Part shown: piece by piece, positions 1 through 9,073 of the stretch
How the letters are laid out: each line of letters begins with the position of its first letter
Numbering within the stretch: the first letter of the stretch is position 1
IMG/VR virus record: IMGVR_UViG_3300001687_000020
Direction: 5' to 3' (one strand)
Source of the DNA: a virus
Taxonomy: Duplodnaviria; Heunggongvirae; Uroviricota; Caudoviricetes
Length of the DNA: 64,000 nucleotides
Made by a program: the position numbers and the translations under genes
The notes under the pieces: generated by a model
The model's input: only the letters and a program-made list of their open reading frames with translations
The model's database searches: none
What the model was told of the DNA's origin: nothing

Positions 1-1
1 A

Positions 2-274
2 TCAAACGGACGATTGGATGTAAGTATCGAATCAGAATTTATGAATTTGGTAATGGATGAGTTAGGAGATGAAGCCAAAGGTTTCTTATCCGAAGCAAAG
101 AAAAAAGTCCAGAAATTTGGAGGTTTTAGAAAGAAACTGGTTATTCATTTAGTTTATAGCGATGAAGAAAAAGATTTCTCCAAAAAGATTAAAGGTGCTT
201 TTTTCGATAAAGGAGAAGCGGAAAAGATATGCACTAAGCATTATTTACATATTCTTGAAATAACCGTAAGTTAA
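2..274 (+). CDS. hypothetical protein, possibly 5'-partial (frame open to window edge; TTG at 14)
   Basis: ORF 14..274 starts with TTG. The same frame stays open back to position 2, so it may continue upstream of the window. Confidence 0.35.
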   Translation, partial: SNGRLDVSIESEFMNLVMDELGDEAKGFLSEAKKKVQKFGGFRKKLVIHLVYSDEEKDFSKKIKGAFFDKGEAEKICTKHYLHILEITVS

Positions 275-330
275 AAAACCCCGCAGAATAAATGAGTAAC
301 TATTAATTATTTGAAAGGAGGTGAATAAAA

Positions 331-546
331 GTGGATGAGAAATTCAACTCAATAAGTAGGTCAAGTCCTGTAAAAGATTTGATCCAAAATCTGGAGTCTT
401 TAAAATCTATTTTAGGGACTTTTGATCCAGAAACACCAATAGACGATCTTGGTGGGCTTATTCGTAGTGGATTTATCTGTATTGACGGGTATTCATGTTC
501 AGTTAATTTGGCTATGATCATTGACTTAAAGAAGGAAAGGGGGTGA
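331..546 (+). CDS. hypothetical small protein
   Basis: GTG start preceded by AAGGAGG Shine-Dalgarno at 314-321. No recognisable motif. Confidence 0.3.
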   Translation: MDEKFNSISRSSPVKDLIQNLESLKSILGTFDPETPIDDLGGLIRSGFICIDGYSCSVNLAMIIDLKKERG

Positions 547-552
547 CATTAG

Positions 553-1089
553 ATGAATCCCCGGTCAATATCAGAAATTCTTCAAATCACTAGGACCAAT
601 GATTACTTTAAGAAATTAAAGCAATTACGGTTACCTTCTGATAAATATTTTTTATTTGGTAGTGCTCCTCTTTTCATTGTAGGTATTATTGACGAAATTA
701 ACGATTTGGATATCATTGCTTTGGATGATGCTTGGGAATTAGCCAAACTCCTTGGATCCAGGGAAATATCCGATTTAGGAGGAAAGCAAATCAGAGTATT
801 TGGTGATCCAAAAATCGAAATTTTTCCTGACATTAGACCTGGGGATTGGGACCTTAAAAAAGTTCTTTCTAGAAGCCTGTTATTTAATGGGATAAATTTC
901 GCCAATATCACTTCTGTTTTTCGTTGGAAAACTCTTTACAATAGGGAGAAAGATAGAGATCATCTTAAATTTATAAATGAATATCTTCTTAACCACGAAG
1001 ATCACTTTAAAATGCTTGTTGAGCATACTAAGAGGGAAATCAGTGAAATTATCAGACAATATCAGTTGCCTCCCGGACTTCGAAATTGA
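553..1089 (+). CDS. putative minimal nucleotidyltransferase-fold protein
   Basis: FLFGSAP...IDEINDLDII fits the G[GS]-x(9-13)-DxD signature of pol-beta-type nucleotidyltransferases. Confidence 0.45.
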   Translation: MNPRSISEILQITRTNDYFKKLKQLRLPSDKYFLFGSAPLFIVGIIDEINDLDIIALDDAWELAKLLGSREISDLGGKQIRVFGDPKIEIFPDIRPGDWDLKKVLSRSLLFNGINFANITSVFRWKTLYNREKDRDHLKFINEYLLNHEDHFKMLVEHTKREISEIIRQYQLPPGLRN

Positions 1090-1184
1090 TTCACTTTATA
1101 TTATAATCAAATTAAGTACAGGTTAGGCGTTTAAGTTAATTTTCAAGGGGCAGTTAACATATCTTTTAAGAAAGGAAAGTAAAA

Positions 1185-1547
1185 ATGTTAGGGGGAAAAT
1201 GTCCGAGATGTGGTGGGGAATTAAGTCTTTTAGCGGGAATTTGTTCTTCTTGTGGATGGGAAATGGATTTCGTTAATGATAACGAAACAAAAGATGTCAA
1301 CTGGCCATTTAAATTTATGTTTGAAGAAGATTTATATGGTCAGTTTAATCCATTTGAGCAAGAGGAAGAAAATATAAATTTCATAAGTCATTTCTTTCAC
1401 GATCCAAATAGGCCCACCACTTTTTCAGTAAACGACATTTCATCTGAGGATTTTAAGAGGAGAAAACATGGTAAGCAATCTAATAGAAATTTGGATGACT
1501 CTGATTGGGATAATGATGGCAGTATCCATAGTTCCTCAGATGGTTAA
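1185..1547 (+). CDS. zinc-ribbon protein
   Basis: CPRCGG...CSSCG four-Cys ribbon at the N-terminus. SD GAAAGGAAAG upstream. A GCAGTTAAC motif lies 27 nt upstream of the start. Confidence 0.45.
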   Translation: MLGGKCPRCGGELSLLAGICSSCGWEMDFVNDNETKDVNWPFKFMFEEDLYGQFNPFEQEEENINFISHFFHDPNRPTTFSVNDISSEDFKRRKHGKQSNRNLDDSDWDNDGSIHSSSDG

Positions 1548-1737
1548 GATAGTTAAAAGGAAGTCAAGTTCGGACATTAGTTATCTATTTTGCATTTTAG
1601 TATTATTTGGTCAAATCAATTGGTTCTTTTATGGGGTTTATAAAAAGAGCCTATGCCTTATTCTTACCAATATTATTTGTGTTTCCTTCCAAGTTTTTCT
1701 AATTTATTTAGTCTGTAAATATGACATAAAAAATTAG
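1468..1737 (+). CDS. SemiSWEET / PQ-loop-like 3-TM membrane protein
   Basis: 89 aa with three predicted TM segments. The motif SIVPQMVKIVKRKSSSDIS resembles the PQ-loop of SemiSWEET/MtN3. ATG at 1468 has SD AAGAGGAG. It overlaps the 3' end of the previous ORF in another frame. Confidence 0.5.
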   Translation: MVSNLIEIWMTLIGIMMAVSIVPQMVKIVKRKSSSDISYLFCILVLFGQINWFFYGVYKKSLCLILTNIICVSFQVFLIYLVCKYDIKN

Positions 1738-1750
1738 AAAGGAGGTAGGG

Positions 1751-1929
1751 AATGACTAGGAAACATTCTTATTACGATTTATTGATAGAAAATGAAAGGC
1801 TCTATAAAGAGATGGTGGAAAAGCTTAATGCTGATCCAAAAGAATCTCTAAAAGCCTTAATCGCAGGATTTTCCATTCTCATCATAGGGAGTTTTCTGGT
1901 TATTGGTGCAGTTTTTCTTTTAGGGTAAT
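1751..1929 (+). CDS. small membrane protein (59 aa, below ORF-track cutoff)
   Basis: ATG at 1751 after SD AAAGGAGG. Hydrophobic C-terminus (SILIIGSFLVIGAVFLLG). A hairpin terminator follows. Confidence 0.35.
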
Positions 1930-1937
1930 TTGGTGGT

Positions 1938-2000
1938 AGGGAGCGATCTAATCTTGAGCTAATGAGGTCCATCTCCACTTTAAGAAAAAGATCGCTCCCT
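1938..2000. terminator. bidirectional hairpin terminator between convergent genes
   Basis: Inverted repeat GGGAGCGATCT ... AGATCGCTCCC (11-bp stem) between the + gene ending at 1929 and the - gene ending at 1999. Confidence 0.55.
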
Positions 2001-2268
2001 AAATTTCAGGAAAAAATTTCTTAACCAATTCATCTACTTTCTTATTATATTCTTCTTTCCAAATTCTAGGTTTTTCAACTCTAATATCCATTTCTGTGGG
2101 AGTCAAGATTATTTTAACTCTGGCTCCCACATAAACAGTATTTCCATTTTTTGCATTATCTTTATCAATTTCTGCTATGACATTTCTTCCTTCTTTATCT
2201 TCTAAAAATACCGAAAAACTATTCTCAAATACTTCAGTTACTTCGCCTTTCCATTTTTCTAAGATCAC
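1999..2268 (-). CDS. hypothetical protein
   Basis: 89-aa ORF. No motif recognised. Confidence 0.45.
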   Translation of the reverse strand: MILEKWKGEVTEVFENSFSVFLEDKEGRNVIAEIDKDNAKNGNTVYVGARVKIILTPTEMDIRVEKPRIWKEEYNKKVDELVKKFFPEI

Positions 2269-2591
2269 TTAAATCACCTCTTTCCTATTATTTCTATTAT
2301 GTTCTTAGTATTACAGAAATCAATAAAAAACTATATATATTAATATCCGATATAAAAGAAACTATTGTTTTCTATTTTTATATAGATAATAATAGGAGAA
2401 AGGAGAAGGAATATGTTTACTATATTTATGATGGTAACTAGTTGGTCAGCTCTTTTCTTAGGTATGACTATTGTAATAAAATCTATCTTCAGTAAGGATA
2501 GAGGTGGAGTTTTATAATTCGTTTTTTTATTTGGAAGTTTAATGCTAGGAGTATTTATAGTAGTTAACTATTTTTAAGAAGGGAGTATAGT

Positions 2592-2858
2592 ATGGAACTT
2601 CTTAAAACGTTAGTTTTATTTGTAGGTTTACTTCTTTATATTTCAAGTTTTATACTTTTTCCTGTTGTAATGGGAATCCTTCATTTGGTAGTTTTATTCG
2701 GTTATTCTTTTATTTTGTGGTTTAGTAATCAGGTTCGAGAAGAACGTGCTTATATGGCCATACTTAAAGTTATTAATAATTTAGATGAGGGAAAAGGAAA
2801 TAAGGTTCATGTAAGTATGAAAAGAGGAAATAAATTTGGCTTAACACGTGTGAAGTAA
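2592..2858 (+). CDS. small membrane protein
   Basis: Two strongly hydrophobic segments. SD GAAGGGAG. An AGTTAAC motif lies 24 nt upstream. Confidence 0.45.
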   Translation: MELLKTLVLFVGLLLYISSFILFPVVMGILHLVVLFGYSFILWFSNQVREERAYMAILKVINNLDEGKGNKVHVSMKRGNKFGLTRVK

Positions 2859-2914
2859 ATTTCACTATTGATACCAAAGTTAACCCAATCTATTCCATCA
2901 TCTTATTCGTATGT

Positions 2915-3205
2915 ATGGTTCTCCTTATATACACTCTTGGATTTGAAGAATATTGGAAAGAAGAACCAAGTGGAATAGCTCGATTTATTAACCTTACTTC
3001 AGTATTAGCAGGCATTTTCTCAATGCCTTTAGCTATCATTGAAGGTTTTGATGTATGGTTTAGCTTTTTAACTTTTTGCTTTGTTGGTATCACAGTAGTT
3101 GTAATCTTACGATACCTATCTAGATTTTTGGGTTTCCTATATAAACGGAAAGCCAAGAATTGGGTCCAACCTATTAAAAAGGAGGTATCTCGATGGATAC
3201 CGTAA
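2915..3205 (+). CDS. small membrane protein
   Basis: Two or three predicted TM helices. The opposite-strand ORF 2890..3156 is taken as spurious. Confidence 0.45.
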   Translation: MVLLIYTLGFEEYWKEEPSGIARFINLTSVLAGIFSMPLAIIEGFDVWFSFLTFCFVGITVVVILRYLSRFLGFLYKRKAKNWVQPIKKEVSRWIP

Positions 3206-3290
3206 CCAAAACCTTATGTTTTCTTTTTGGTATTCCTATGATAGTGGGTTTTTTACTCATTGGATTTTCTATTAGCATATTTTACATCCT

Positions 3291-3494
3291 ATGTTCAATG
3301 TTTATTTCTTCTTATTACTTGCTTTTGGACTTGCTTCTTTCTTTACTATATCTTATCCTGTGATATTTGTATCTCTTATCATGCATATTATCATGTTTTT
3401 GCTTATTGCAGTGACTGTTGGACTCATAGCCTATTTTTCAATATGCTTTATGATGGGCATACTCGAGGGACTTTTCCAAAAAGAAAAAGCATAA
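3291..3494 (+). CDS. small membrane protein (67 aa)
   Basis: Almost entirely hydrophobic. The overlapping ORF 3260..3622 is less plausible. Confidence 0.3.
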   Translation: MFNVYFFLLLAFGLASFFTISYPVIFVSLIMHIIMFLLIAVTVGLIAYFSICFMMGILEGLFQKEKA

Positions 3495-3576
3495 ACTACG
3501 GGGGGAGGAGAGAGAATTCTATGAGTTTTCTCTCCTCCCTTTATCTTAAATTGTTCATAGAAGAAAGGAGACTGCA

Positions 3577-5616
3577 GTGGACTTTAAAGACTTTAAAGAA
3601 CTGTTTCAAACTCATGTTTTAGAAATACTAGAAAACCAAAAAGCATTATTCATCACTGATACTGACAAGGAGGAATTATGGAATATATATCTTGATAGTT
3701 TTCTTCCTGGAAAAAATAAAATATTTAGAGAAAGGCGCGAATTTGATTGTTCCTGCTGCAGACACTTCATTAAATCTTTTGGAAATGTGGTAGTTATAAA
3801 AGATAATAAGTTGATAAGTATCTGGGATTTTCAAACAGATAATGATACTTATCAACCAGTCATTAACGCTTTATCAGAGTATGTAAAATCCAAACCTATA
3901 AAAGATGTTTTTGTAACGGAAGAATCAGGTTTTGGGACTGACCATAACCTTGAGAGACTCAAAGATGGAACTGTTCATACTTGGGATCACTTTAGAGTGG
4001 ATTTACCTAAGCGTTTCGTTACGATTTCAACTAAATCGGTGGCATCGTTGACTGGAGAACTTAGGGATATAAGAAATGTATTTAAAAGATCTCTAGATGA
4101 AATCTCAAAAGATGCTATTGAAACGATTTTGGATCTTATTGCTCAAAAATCGTTATATAAAGGAGAAGAATGGCAAAAAATATTAACGGAATTTCTTTCT
4201 TTACATAATACATATCACAAATTACCGGAGGCAGAAAAAGATAATTTTTGTTGGATAAAATCAGTTGAAGTCGGAGGAGTTATTGGAAAAGTTAGAAATC
4301 ATTCCATTGGTCTATTGTTGACTGATATTTCACTTGGTGTCGATTTGGATGAGGCAGTGAAAAGGTATGAGAAAATAGTGGCACCGTCAAACTATAAAAG
4401 ACCAAAAGCAATCTTTACTAAAAAGATGATTGAAAAAGCCCAAGAAACTATCACTGAATTGGGTTTTCTTGATTCTCTTGGAAGAAGATTTGCTACGGTT
4501 GATGATATCTCTGTTAATAATATCCTTTTCGCTAATAAAGATACCGCAAAAAGAATGATAGGAGGAAGTGTTTTTGAAGAACTGGGAAAGGAGGTTTCTA
4601 ATAGTCCAAAAACATTTAGTAAAGTCGAAGAAGTTCCTATAGATCTCTTCATTTCTGATATTCTACCTCAAGTCACTAATATCGAGTTATTCCTTGAGAA
4701 TCGTCATATTCCTAATCTTGTTTCTGTTATTGGTCCAAAAATTTTAACTAGTAAAACCATGTTTAAGTGGAATAATAATTTTTCTTGGGCTTATAATGGA
4801 AATATCACTGATAGTATGAAGGAAAGAGTCAAAGCCTTAGGGGGAAGAGTTGAGGGCGTTCTTAGGTTTTCCATTCAGTGGAATGAGAATTTCGATAATC
4901 AAAACGATTTCGACGCTCATTGCATTGAGCCAACTAAGAATGAGATATATTTTCCAAATAAAAAGGAAGTTCATTCTTCTTCAGGAATGCTTGATGTTGA
5001 TATAATTCATCCAAACAAAGAAGTGGCCGTTGAGAATATCATATATACTAACCTCAACAAGATGCCTGAGGGAGTATATACATTCTTTGTCCACGTGTAT
5101 TCTTATCGAAGTGGTCGAAGTGGGTTTTCTGCTGAGATAGAATTTGATGGTCAAATTCATTCTTTTGAGTATCGTAAAGACGTTCGCTCAGATGAGAAAA
5201 TAATAGTAGCAAAAGTGAGTTATTCTCGATCCGAGGGATTTAAGATGGTTAGTTCACTTTCTTCATCTTTACAATCTAAAAATGTTTGGAATTTGGGCAC
5301 TAATCAGTTTATTCCGGTTTCCATATATATGTTTTCTCCAAACTATTGGGACCATCAATCCGGGATAGGTCACAAGCATCATTTTTTCATCTTAAAGGAT
5401 TGTAAAAACGATACTCTACCGAATGGTTTCTTTAATGAGTTTTTGAAAGAGAGTCTTCTGGAACATAAGCGAGTTTTTGAGGCTTTGGGTAGTAAAATGA
5501 GAGTAGAACCATCGGATGATCAACTTTCAGGTTTGGGATTTAGCTCTACTAAAAGGAACTCAGTAATATGTAAATTGGAAGGTAATTTTACCAGAACCAT
5601 TAAACTTATTTTCTAG
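3577..5616 (+). CDS. large hypothetical protein (679 aa)
   Basis: Long clean ORF with SD GAAAGGAG. Cys cluster FDCSCCRHF near the N-terminus. No family recognised by eye. Confidence 0.6.
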   Translation: MDFKDFKELFQTHVLEILENQKALFITDTDKEELWNIYLDSFLPGKNKIFRERREFDCSCCRHFIKSFGNVVVIKDNKLISIWDFQTDNDTYQPVINALSEYVKSKPIKDVFVTEESGFGTDHNLERLKDGTVHTWDHFRVDLPKRFVTISTKSVASLTGELRDIRNVFKRSLDEISKDAIETILDLIAQKSLYKGEEWQKILTEFLSLHNTYHKLPEAEKDNFCWIKSVEVGGVIGKVRNHSIGLLLTDISLGVDLDEAVKRYEKIVAPSNYKRPKAIFTKKMIEKAQETITELGFLDSLGRRFATVDDISVNNILFANKDTAKRMIGGSVFEELGKEVSNSPKTFSKVEEVPIDLFISDILPQVTNIELFLENRHIPNLVSVIGPKILTSKTMFKWNNNFSWAYNGNITDSMKERVKALGGRVEGVLRFSIQWNENFDNQNDFDAHCIEPTKNEIYFPNKKEVHSSSGMLDVDIIHPNKEVAVENIIYTNLNKMPEGVYTFFVHVYSYRSGRSGFSAEIEFDGQIHSFEYRKDVRSDEKIIVAKVSYSRSEGFKMVSSLSSSLQSKNVWNLGTNQFIPVSIYMFSPNYWDHQSGIGHKHHFFILKDCKNDTLPNGFFNEFLKESLLEHKRVFEALGSKMRVEPSDDQLSGLGFSSTKRNSVICKLEGNFTRTIKLIF

Positions 5617-5624
5617 GGAGAGGG

Positions 5625-6005
5625 GTGGATTTAATGTTTGAAAAAGCATCAAGATTAAGACTTCGTTTCAACTACAAGGGTTTAATCGCGGTAGAAGATT
5701 TGTGGAGTCTTTCGGTTGAGAATTTGGATAATATGTTTAAAGATTTAAACCGGCTTTTGAGAGATCGGCAAGGGGAAAGTCTACTAGAAGAAACATCTAG
5801 GAGCGATCCTGATCATCTCGAGTTAAAAATTGACATTATAAAGCATATTGTTAAAGTTAAACTCGAGGAGAAAAAGACTCAAGAGGAAAAATTACTCCGG
5901 CTTGAGAAAAAGAAGAAAATACTTCAATTTATATCTGAAAAACAAGACGAGGAACTCCGAGGCAAATCAGTTAAAGACTTGGAGAAACTTCTCGAAGGTC
6001 TATAA
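5625..6005 (+). CDS. coiled-coil protein
   Basis: K/E/L-rich heptad-like sequence. Confidence 0.5.
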   Translation: MDLMFEKASRLRLRFNYKGLIAVEDLWSLSVENLDNMFKDLNRLLRDRQGESLLEETSRSDPDHLELKIDIIKHIVKVKLEEKKTQEEKLLRLEKKKKILQFISEKQDEELRGKSVKDLEKLLEGL

Positions 6006-6055
6006 AAAGTTCCTATGCACGAAAGTAAGGAGGGAAAACCTAATTTTGAAACTTT

Positions 6056-6460
6056 GTGATTTCTTATAGATTTTCCCTCCTACTTCTATTTAAGGAGGTT
6101 ATAGGAGAAGGGAGGAAATGTGTGGTAGAATGGTGGTTTATTATTATACTGATATTGTTTTTACCAACCTTGATTATTCTAATATTTAATCTATTAAATA
6201 AAACCCTCCTGGATAGTATCAAAATGATACTTGTCATTTATATGCTTCTCCTTCTTATAGCTTTAGTAAGAATCAATGCTGAATTACCTGGATTTAAAAG
6301 ATTCTTATTTCAAATATCAGGTTGCAGTATTCTAATATGGTCTTTTAGTACCATAATAAAGAAAATAAAACAAATAGCAATCGAAAAAGAAGAATTATTA
6401 AAAGGCTTATTTGACACCAACCTAGAAGGGGGTGAGGAAAATGATATCTTGGGCATTTAG
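6056..6460 (+). CDS. membrane protein (GTG start)
   Basis: TM-rich ORF with GTG start. A small overlapping ORF of about 53 aa (about 6441-6603, below cutoff) follows. Confidence 0.4.
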   Translation: MISYRFSLLLLFKEVIGEGRKCVVEWWFIIILILFLPTLIILIFNLLNKTLLDSIKMILVIYMLLLLIALVRINAELPGFKRFLFQISGCSILIWSFSTIIKKIKQIAIEKEELLKGLFDTNLEGGEENDILGI

Positions 6461-6609
6461 TTTTATTATTGTAGGATTAATTTTCTACTTTTTTAATATC
6501 GAGATCATTTATGTCCCCTTTCTCAGTATAGGTGGGATATTGATTGCTTTAAAATACAAAGTCCATACTTTTATAAGAGAATTAGCAATGTCTCACCTTT
6601 GACTATTGG

Positions 6610-6652
6610 TCCCTCATAGATAGGAGATTTTTTCTCTTATCTATGAGGGATA
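6610..6652. terminator. long hairpin terminator
   Basis: CCCTCATAGATAGGAGA ... TCTCTTATCTATGAGGGA, a stem of about 17 bp with one mismatch. Confidence 0.5.
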
Positions 6653-6729
6653 GTTAGTTTAGAGAATTTTTTCGGTTTTTGAAAGATTCTTTTACATAGC
6701 AGTTAACCCCAAAGAAAGGAGGCAACAAA

Positions 6730-7284
6730 ATGTTGTCAAAAAGAATCCTTTCCATCGTTTTAGTTTTACTGGTAGTTTTTGCAGTTAACTCTTATGTTGA
6801 GGCCCAAAATTTCGGGAAATTTTATATCGGGATGGCTTATAATGAGGCCTTGACTTTGGCTAAGGCTGGAGAAAAAGCACTTGAATGGGAAGTAGAAACT
6901 TCTGATAATCAGAAAGAAAGACATATCATTCTATCTTTCGAAGAATTCCCCGGACCATCTTTTGGTTACTCTCGACTTGTTTTTACCAATCCTGGCCCAT
7001 TAGTAGTCATATTTACTATGGTCCATCTTGGAGATATCACTGAGCCTAACACCGGAAGAATTTCCAAACTATTTGGTGATTATCTAGAGAGTATATACGG
7101 ACATCCTGATATGATTAAAGACAAAACTATGATATGGAGAACTTTAAATGGAGGAACTATATCTGCCGAGTTCCTCATATTGGAAGAGGGAAATCCTGAG
7201 CATGAAAAATATTGTAACATGGCAAATACTACTCTAGTTCCCAACGACACCTGTATGTTTATGATATTTAGTAATTTTAAATAA
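6730..7284 (+). CDS. secreted protein, paralog family A (member 1)
   Basis: Signal peptide MLSKRILSIVLVLLVVFAV. Motif IGMAYNEALTLAKAGEK shared with the next two genes. SD GAAAGGAGG. Confidence 0.6.
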   Translation: MLSKRILSIVLVLLVVFAVNSYVEAQNFGKFYIGMAYNEALTLAKAGEKALEWEVETSDNQKERHIILSFEEFPGPSFGYSRLVFTNPGPLVVIFTMVHLGDITEPNTGRISKLFGDYLESIYGHPDMIKDKTMIWRTLNGGTISAEFLILEEGNPEHEKYCNMANTTLVPNDTCMFMIFSNFK

Positions 7285-7299
7285 GTTTTCTTTTAACCT

Positions 7300-7345
7300 T
7301 AAAAAAAAGAGGGATAATATGAAGTCTATGTTATCCCTCTTAGGT
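7300..7345 (+). terminator. hairpin terminator
   Basis: AGAGGGATAA ... TTATCCCTCT, a 10-bp stem with a T-rich 3' flank. Confidence 0.5.
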
Positions 7346-7442
7346 TTTTGAGAGAAATGTAAAATTTTCGAAAGTCCTTTCTGGACTAGTTTAAAGTTGA
7401 TATATATAGCAGTTAACTAATTAAATGAAAGGAGGCAACAAA

Positions 7443-8030
7443 ATGTTGTCTAAAAGAATCCTTTCTATGGTTTTAGTTTTGATATTAGTTTTAGGCATTA
7501 CTTCTTTTTCCGAAAGTTCTGAGGATTTCAGAATAGGGATGTCTTATGAATCAGCTCTTAGGTTGGCTAGAGATGGAGAAAAGATAGCTAACTGGAAGGT
7601 TAATATAAGTAAACTAGAACGAGATCCTATGTTTCCTGAAAATCCTGATATTATTATCAACCTTAACAATTTTTATAATACATATGGATTTAAAGTTGAT
7701 ATAGCTATTAGATGTCATAGATATGTTCCTCTTTTTCCTGCTGGTAAAATTGAGTGCATAGATATTTGGATTGATTTGGGTTTTGCATCTTTAGATGAAA
7801 AGGAAAATTTAAGAAGGCTGGAATCTTGCAATCCTTTTGTAAGAGAAATATTAGGAAGATTTGGCTCATTTGGTTTTCTTTACGGACTTTATGATAGTAA
7901 TATGATAATCATACAATCTAATAGTCCAACTATACATAATGAAATGACTCGAGAGACAGCCGAATACTATAATGTTGAATTTAGGCCAAAAAATCTTTCT
8001 ATTAGTATTAACATAATGGGTGATGATTAA
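7443..8030 (+). CDS. secreted protein, paralog family A (member 2)
   Basis: About 80 nt of 5' region (SD plus signal peptide MLSKRILSMVLVLILVLGITSFS) is near-identical to the member-3 gene. The MLSK start was chosen over upstream ATGs. Confidence 0.6.
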   Translation: MLSKRILSMVLVLILVLGITSFSESSEDFRIGMSYESALRLARDGEKIANWKVNISKLERDPMFPENPDIIINLNNFYNTYGFKVDIAIRCHRYVPLFPAGKIECIDIWIDLGFASLDEKENLRRLESCNPFVREILGRFGSFGFLYGLYDSNMIIIQSNSPTIHNEMTRETAEYYNVEFRPKNLSISINIMGDD

Positions 8031-8046
8031 GAAAGGAGGCAACAAA

Positions 8047-8466
8047 ATGTTGTCTAAAAGAATCCTTTCTATGGTTTTAGTTTTGATATTAGTTTTAGGC
8101 ATTACTTCTTTTTCTGTTTGGGCTAATAAAGATGTGGTTAAAGAGCCATTTCTTTATCCAGGAATGTCTTATAAGAAGGCTTTAGCTGAACTAAAGTTAG
8201 GAGAAAAGAATGGATTATGGATAGTTATAGAATCGGAAAAAGAATTGGAACGTCTTTGGGGAGTAAAAGTTATGGCTATCTCATATTCTTATGATGAAGA
8301 TATCGTAAAATTTATGGTGTTCTTCAAAAATCGTCTTGTTTCTTGGATGAAATATGACACATACCCAGGTGAAGATGATGAAGAAGAATTTGATCCCAAC
8401 TTATATGAAGAAGAAGAGTATTATATTAGTGAAGAATTTTATGATCTTATATATAAGGATGATTAA
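8047..8466 (+). CDS. secreted protein, paralog family A (member 3), acidic C-terminus
   Basis: Same leader as member 2. Motif PGMSYKKALAELKLGEK. DE-rich tail. Confidence 0.6.
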   Translation: MLSKRILSMVLVLILVLGITSFSVWANKDVVKEPFLYPGMSYKKALAELKLGEKNGLWIVIESEKELERLWGVKVMAISYSYDEDIVKFMVFFKNRLVSWMKYDTYPGEDDEEEFDPNLYEEEEYYISEEFYDLIYKDD

Positions 8467-8496
8467 TCATATTATTATTAAGGAGGTGAATATCCA

Positions 8497-8853
8497 TTGA
8501 TTACCATAACTTTAAAGAGTAAAAGGAATACTTTTGGTGATTTTATGATTATTTCTATTCCTGGAGAAATCGACACAGTTCTTGGTCATACTCAAAAGAA
8601 AATCCAAATGGGTCGGGAAGACGATATGTGGAAAGGAATTATTATTTTTGAGGTTGACCATGTAATTTATCGTCTAACTTTAGACCAGTTTTTCAGCAGT
8701 GTATCCACATGCGAGTTCAAAATAGTGGATTTCTTCCTCTATAATGTTGATAAAATAGAAATCCCTATTCGTAGTTATGAGGAGGCTTTAAGATTTAGTA
8801 GCATCTTTCCTGTGTTAACCGAGAAGTTAGTTTTCAACAAATGGCCTAAGTAA
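8497..8853 (+). CDS. hypothetical protein (TTG start)
   Basis: SD AAGGAGGTG followed by a TTG start. Confidence 0.45.
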   Translation: MITITLKSKRNTFGDFMIISIPGEIDTVLGHTQKKIQMGREDDMWKGIIIFEVDHVIYRLTLDQFFSSVSTCEFKIVDFFLYNVDKIEIPIRSYEEALRFSSIFPVLTEKLVFNKWPK

Positions 8854-9073
8854 TTATTATATATGAATTCTATATATATTAATTACTAGAATAATAGTTG
8901 TCAGTTTTTTATTAACTTCAAATGAGAGGAGGTGTTAAACTTACTTATTACGTAGGGAAAGTACTGATTTGCTAGATTTAAATTTTTACAATGATAGTAC
9001 TATTAAAGGTATTTAAAGAAGTTTTTAAATACTTTTAACTCATCACTAACCTTTTGGAAAAGGAGGTTTCCAA

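Noticed and set aside
603-911. 102-aa ORF antisense to 553..1089
   Set aside because: It is fully contained in the nucleotidyltransferase-like gene on the opposite strand. No SD was found.
2890-3156. 88-aa minus-strand ORF
   Set aside because: It overlaps the + strand membrane-protein gene 2915..3205. The + strand ORF has an SD and fits the co-directional gene run.
3260-3622. 120-aa ORF overlapping 3291..3494 and 3577..5616
   Set aside because: It overlaps two better-supported genes in another frame. It is Cys/Phe/Tyr-rich with no SD.
4392-4652. 86-aa minus-strand ORF inside 3577..5616
   Set aside because: It lies antisense within a long, clean + strand ORF.
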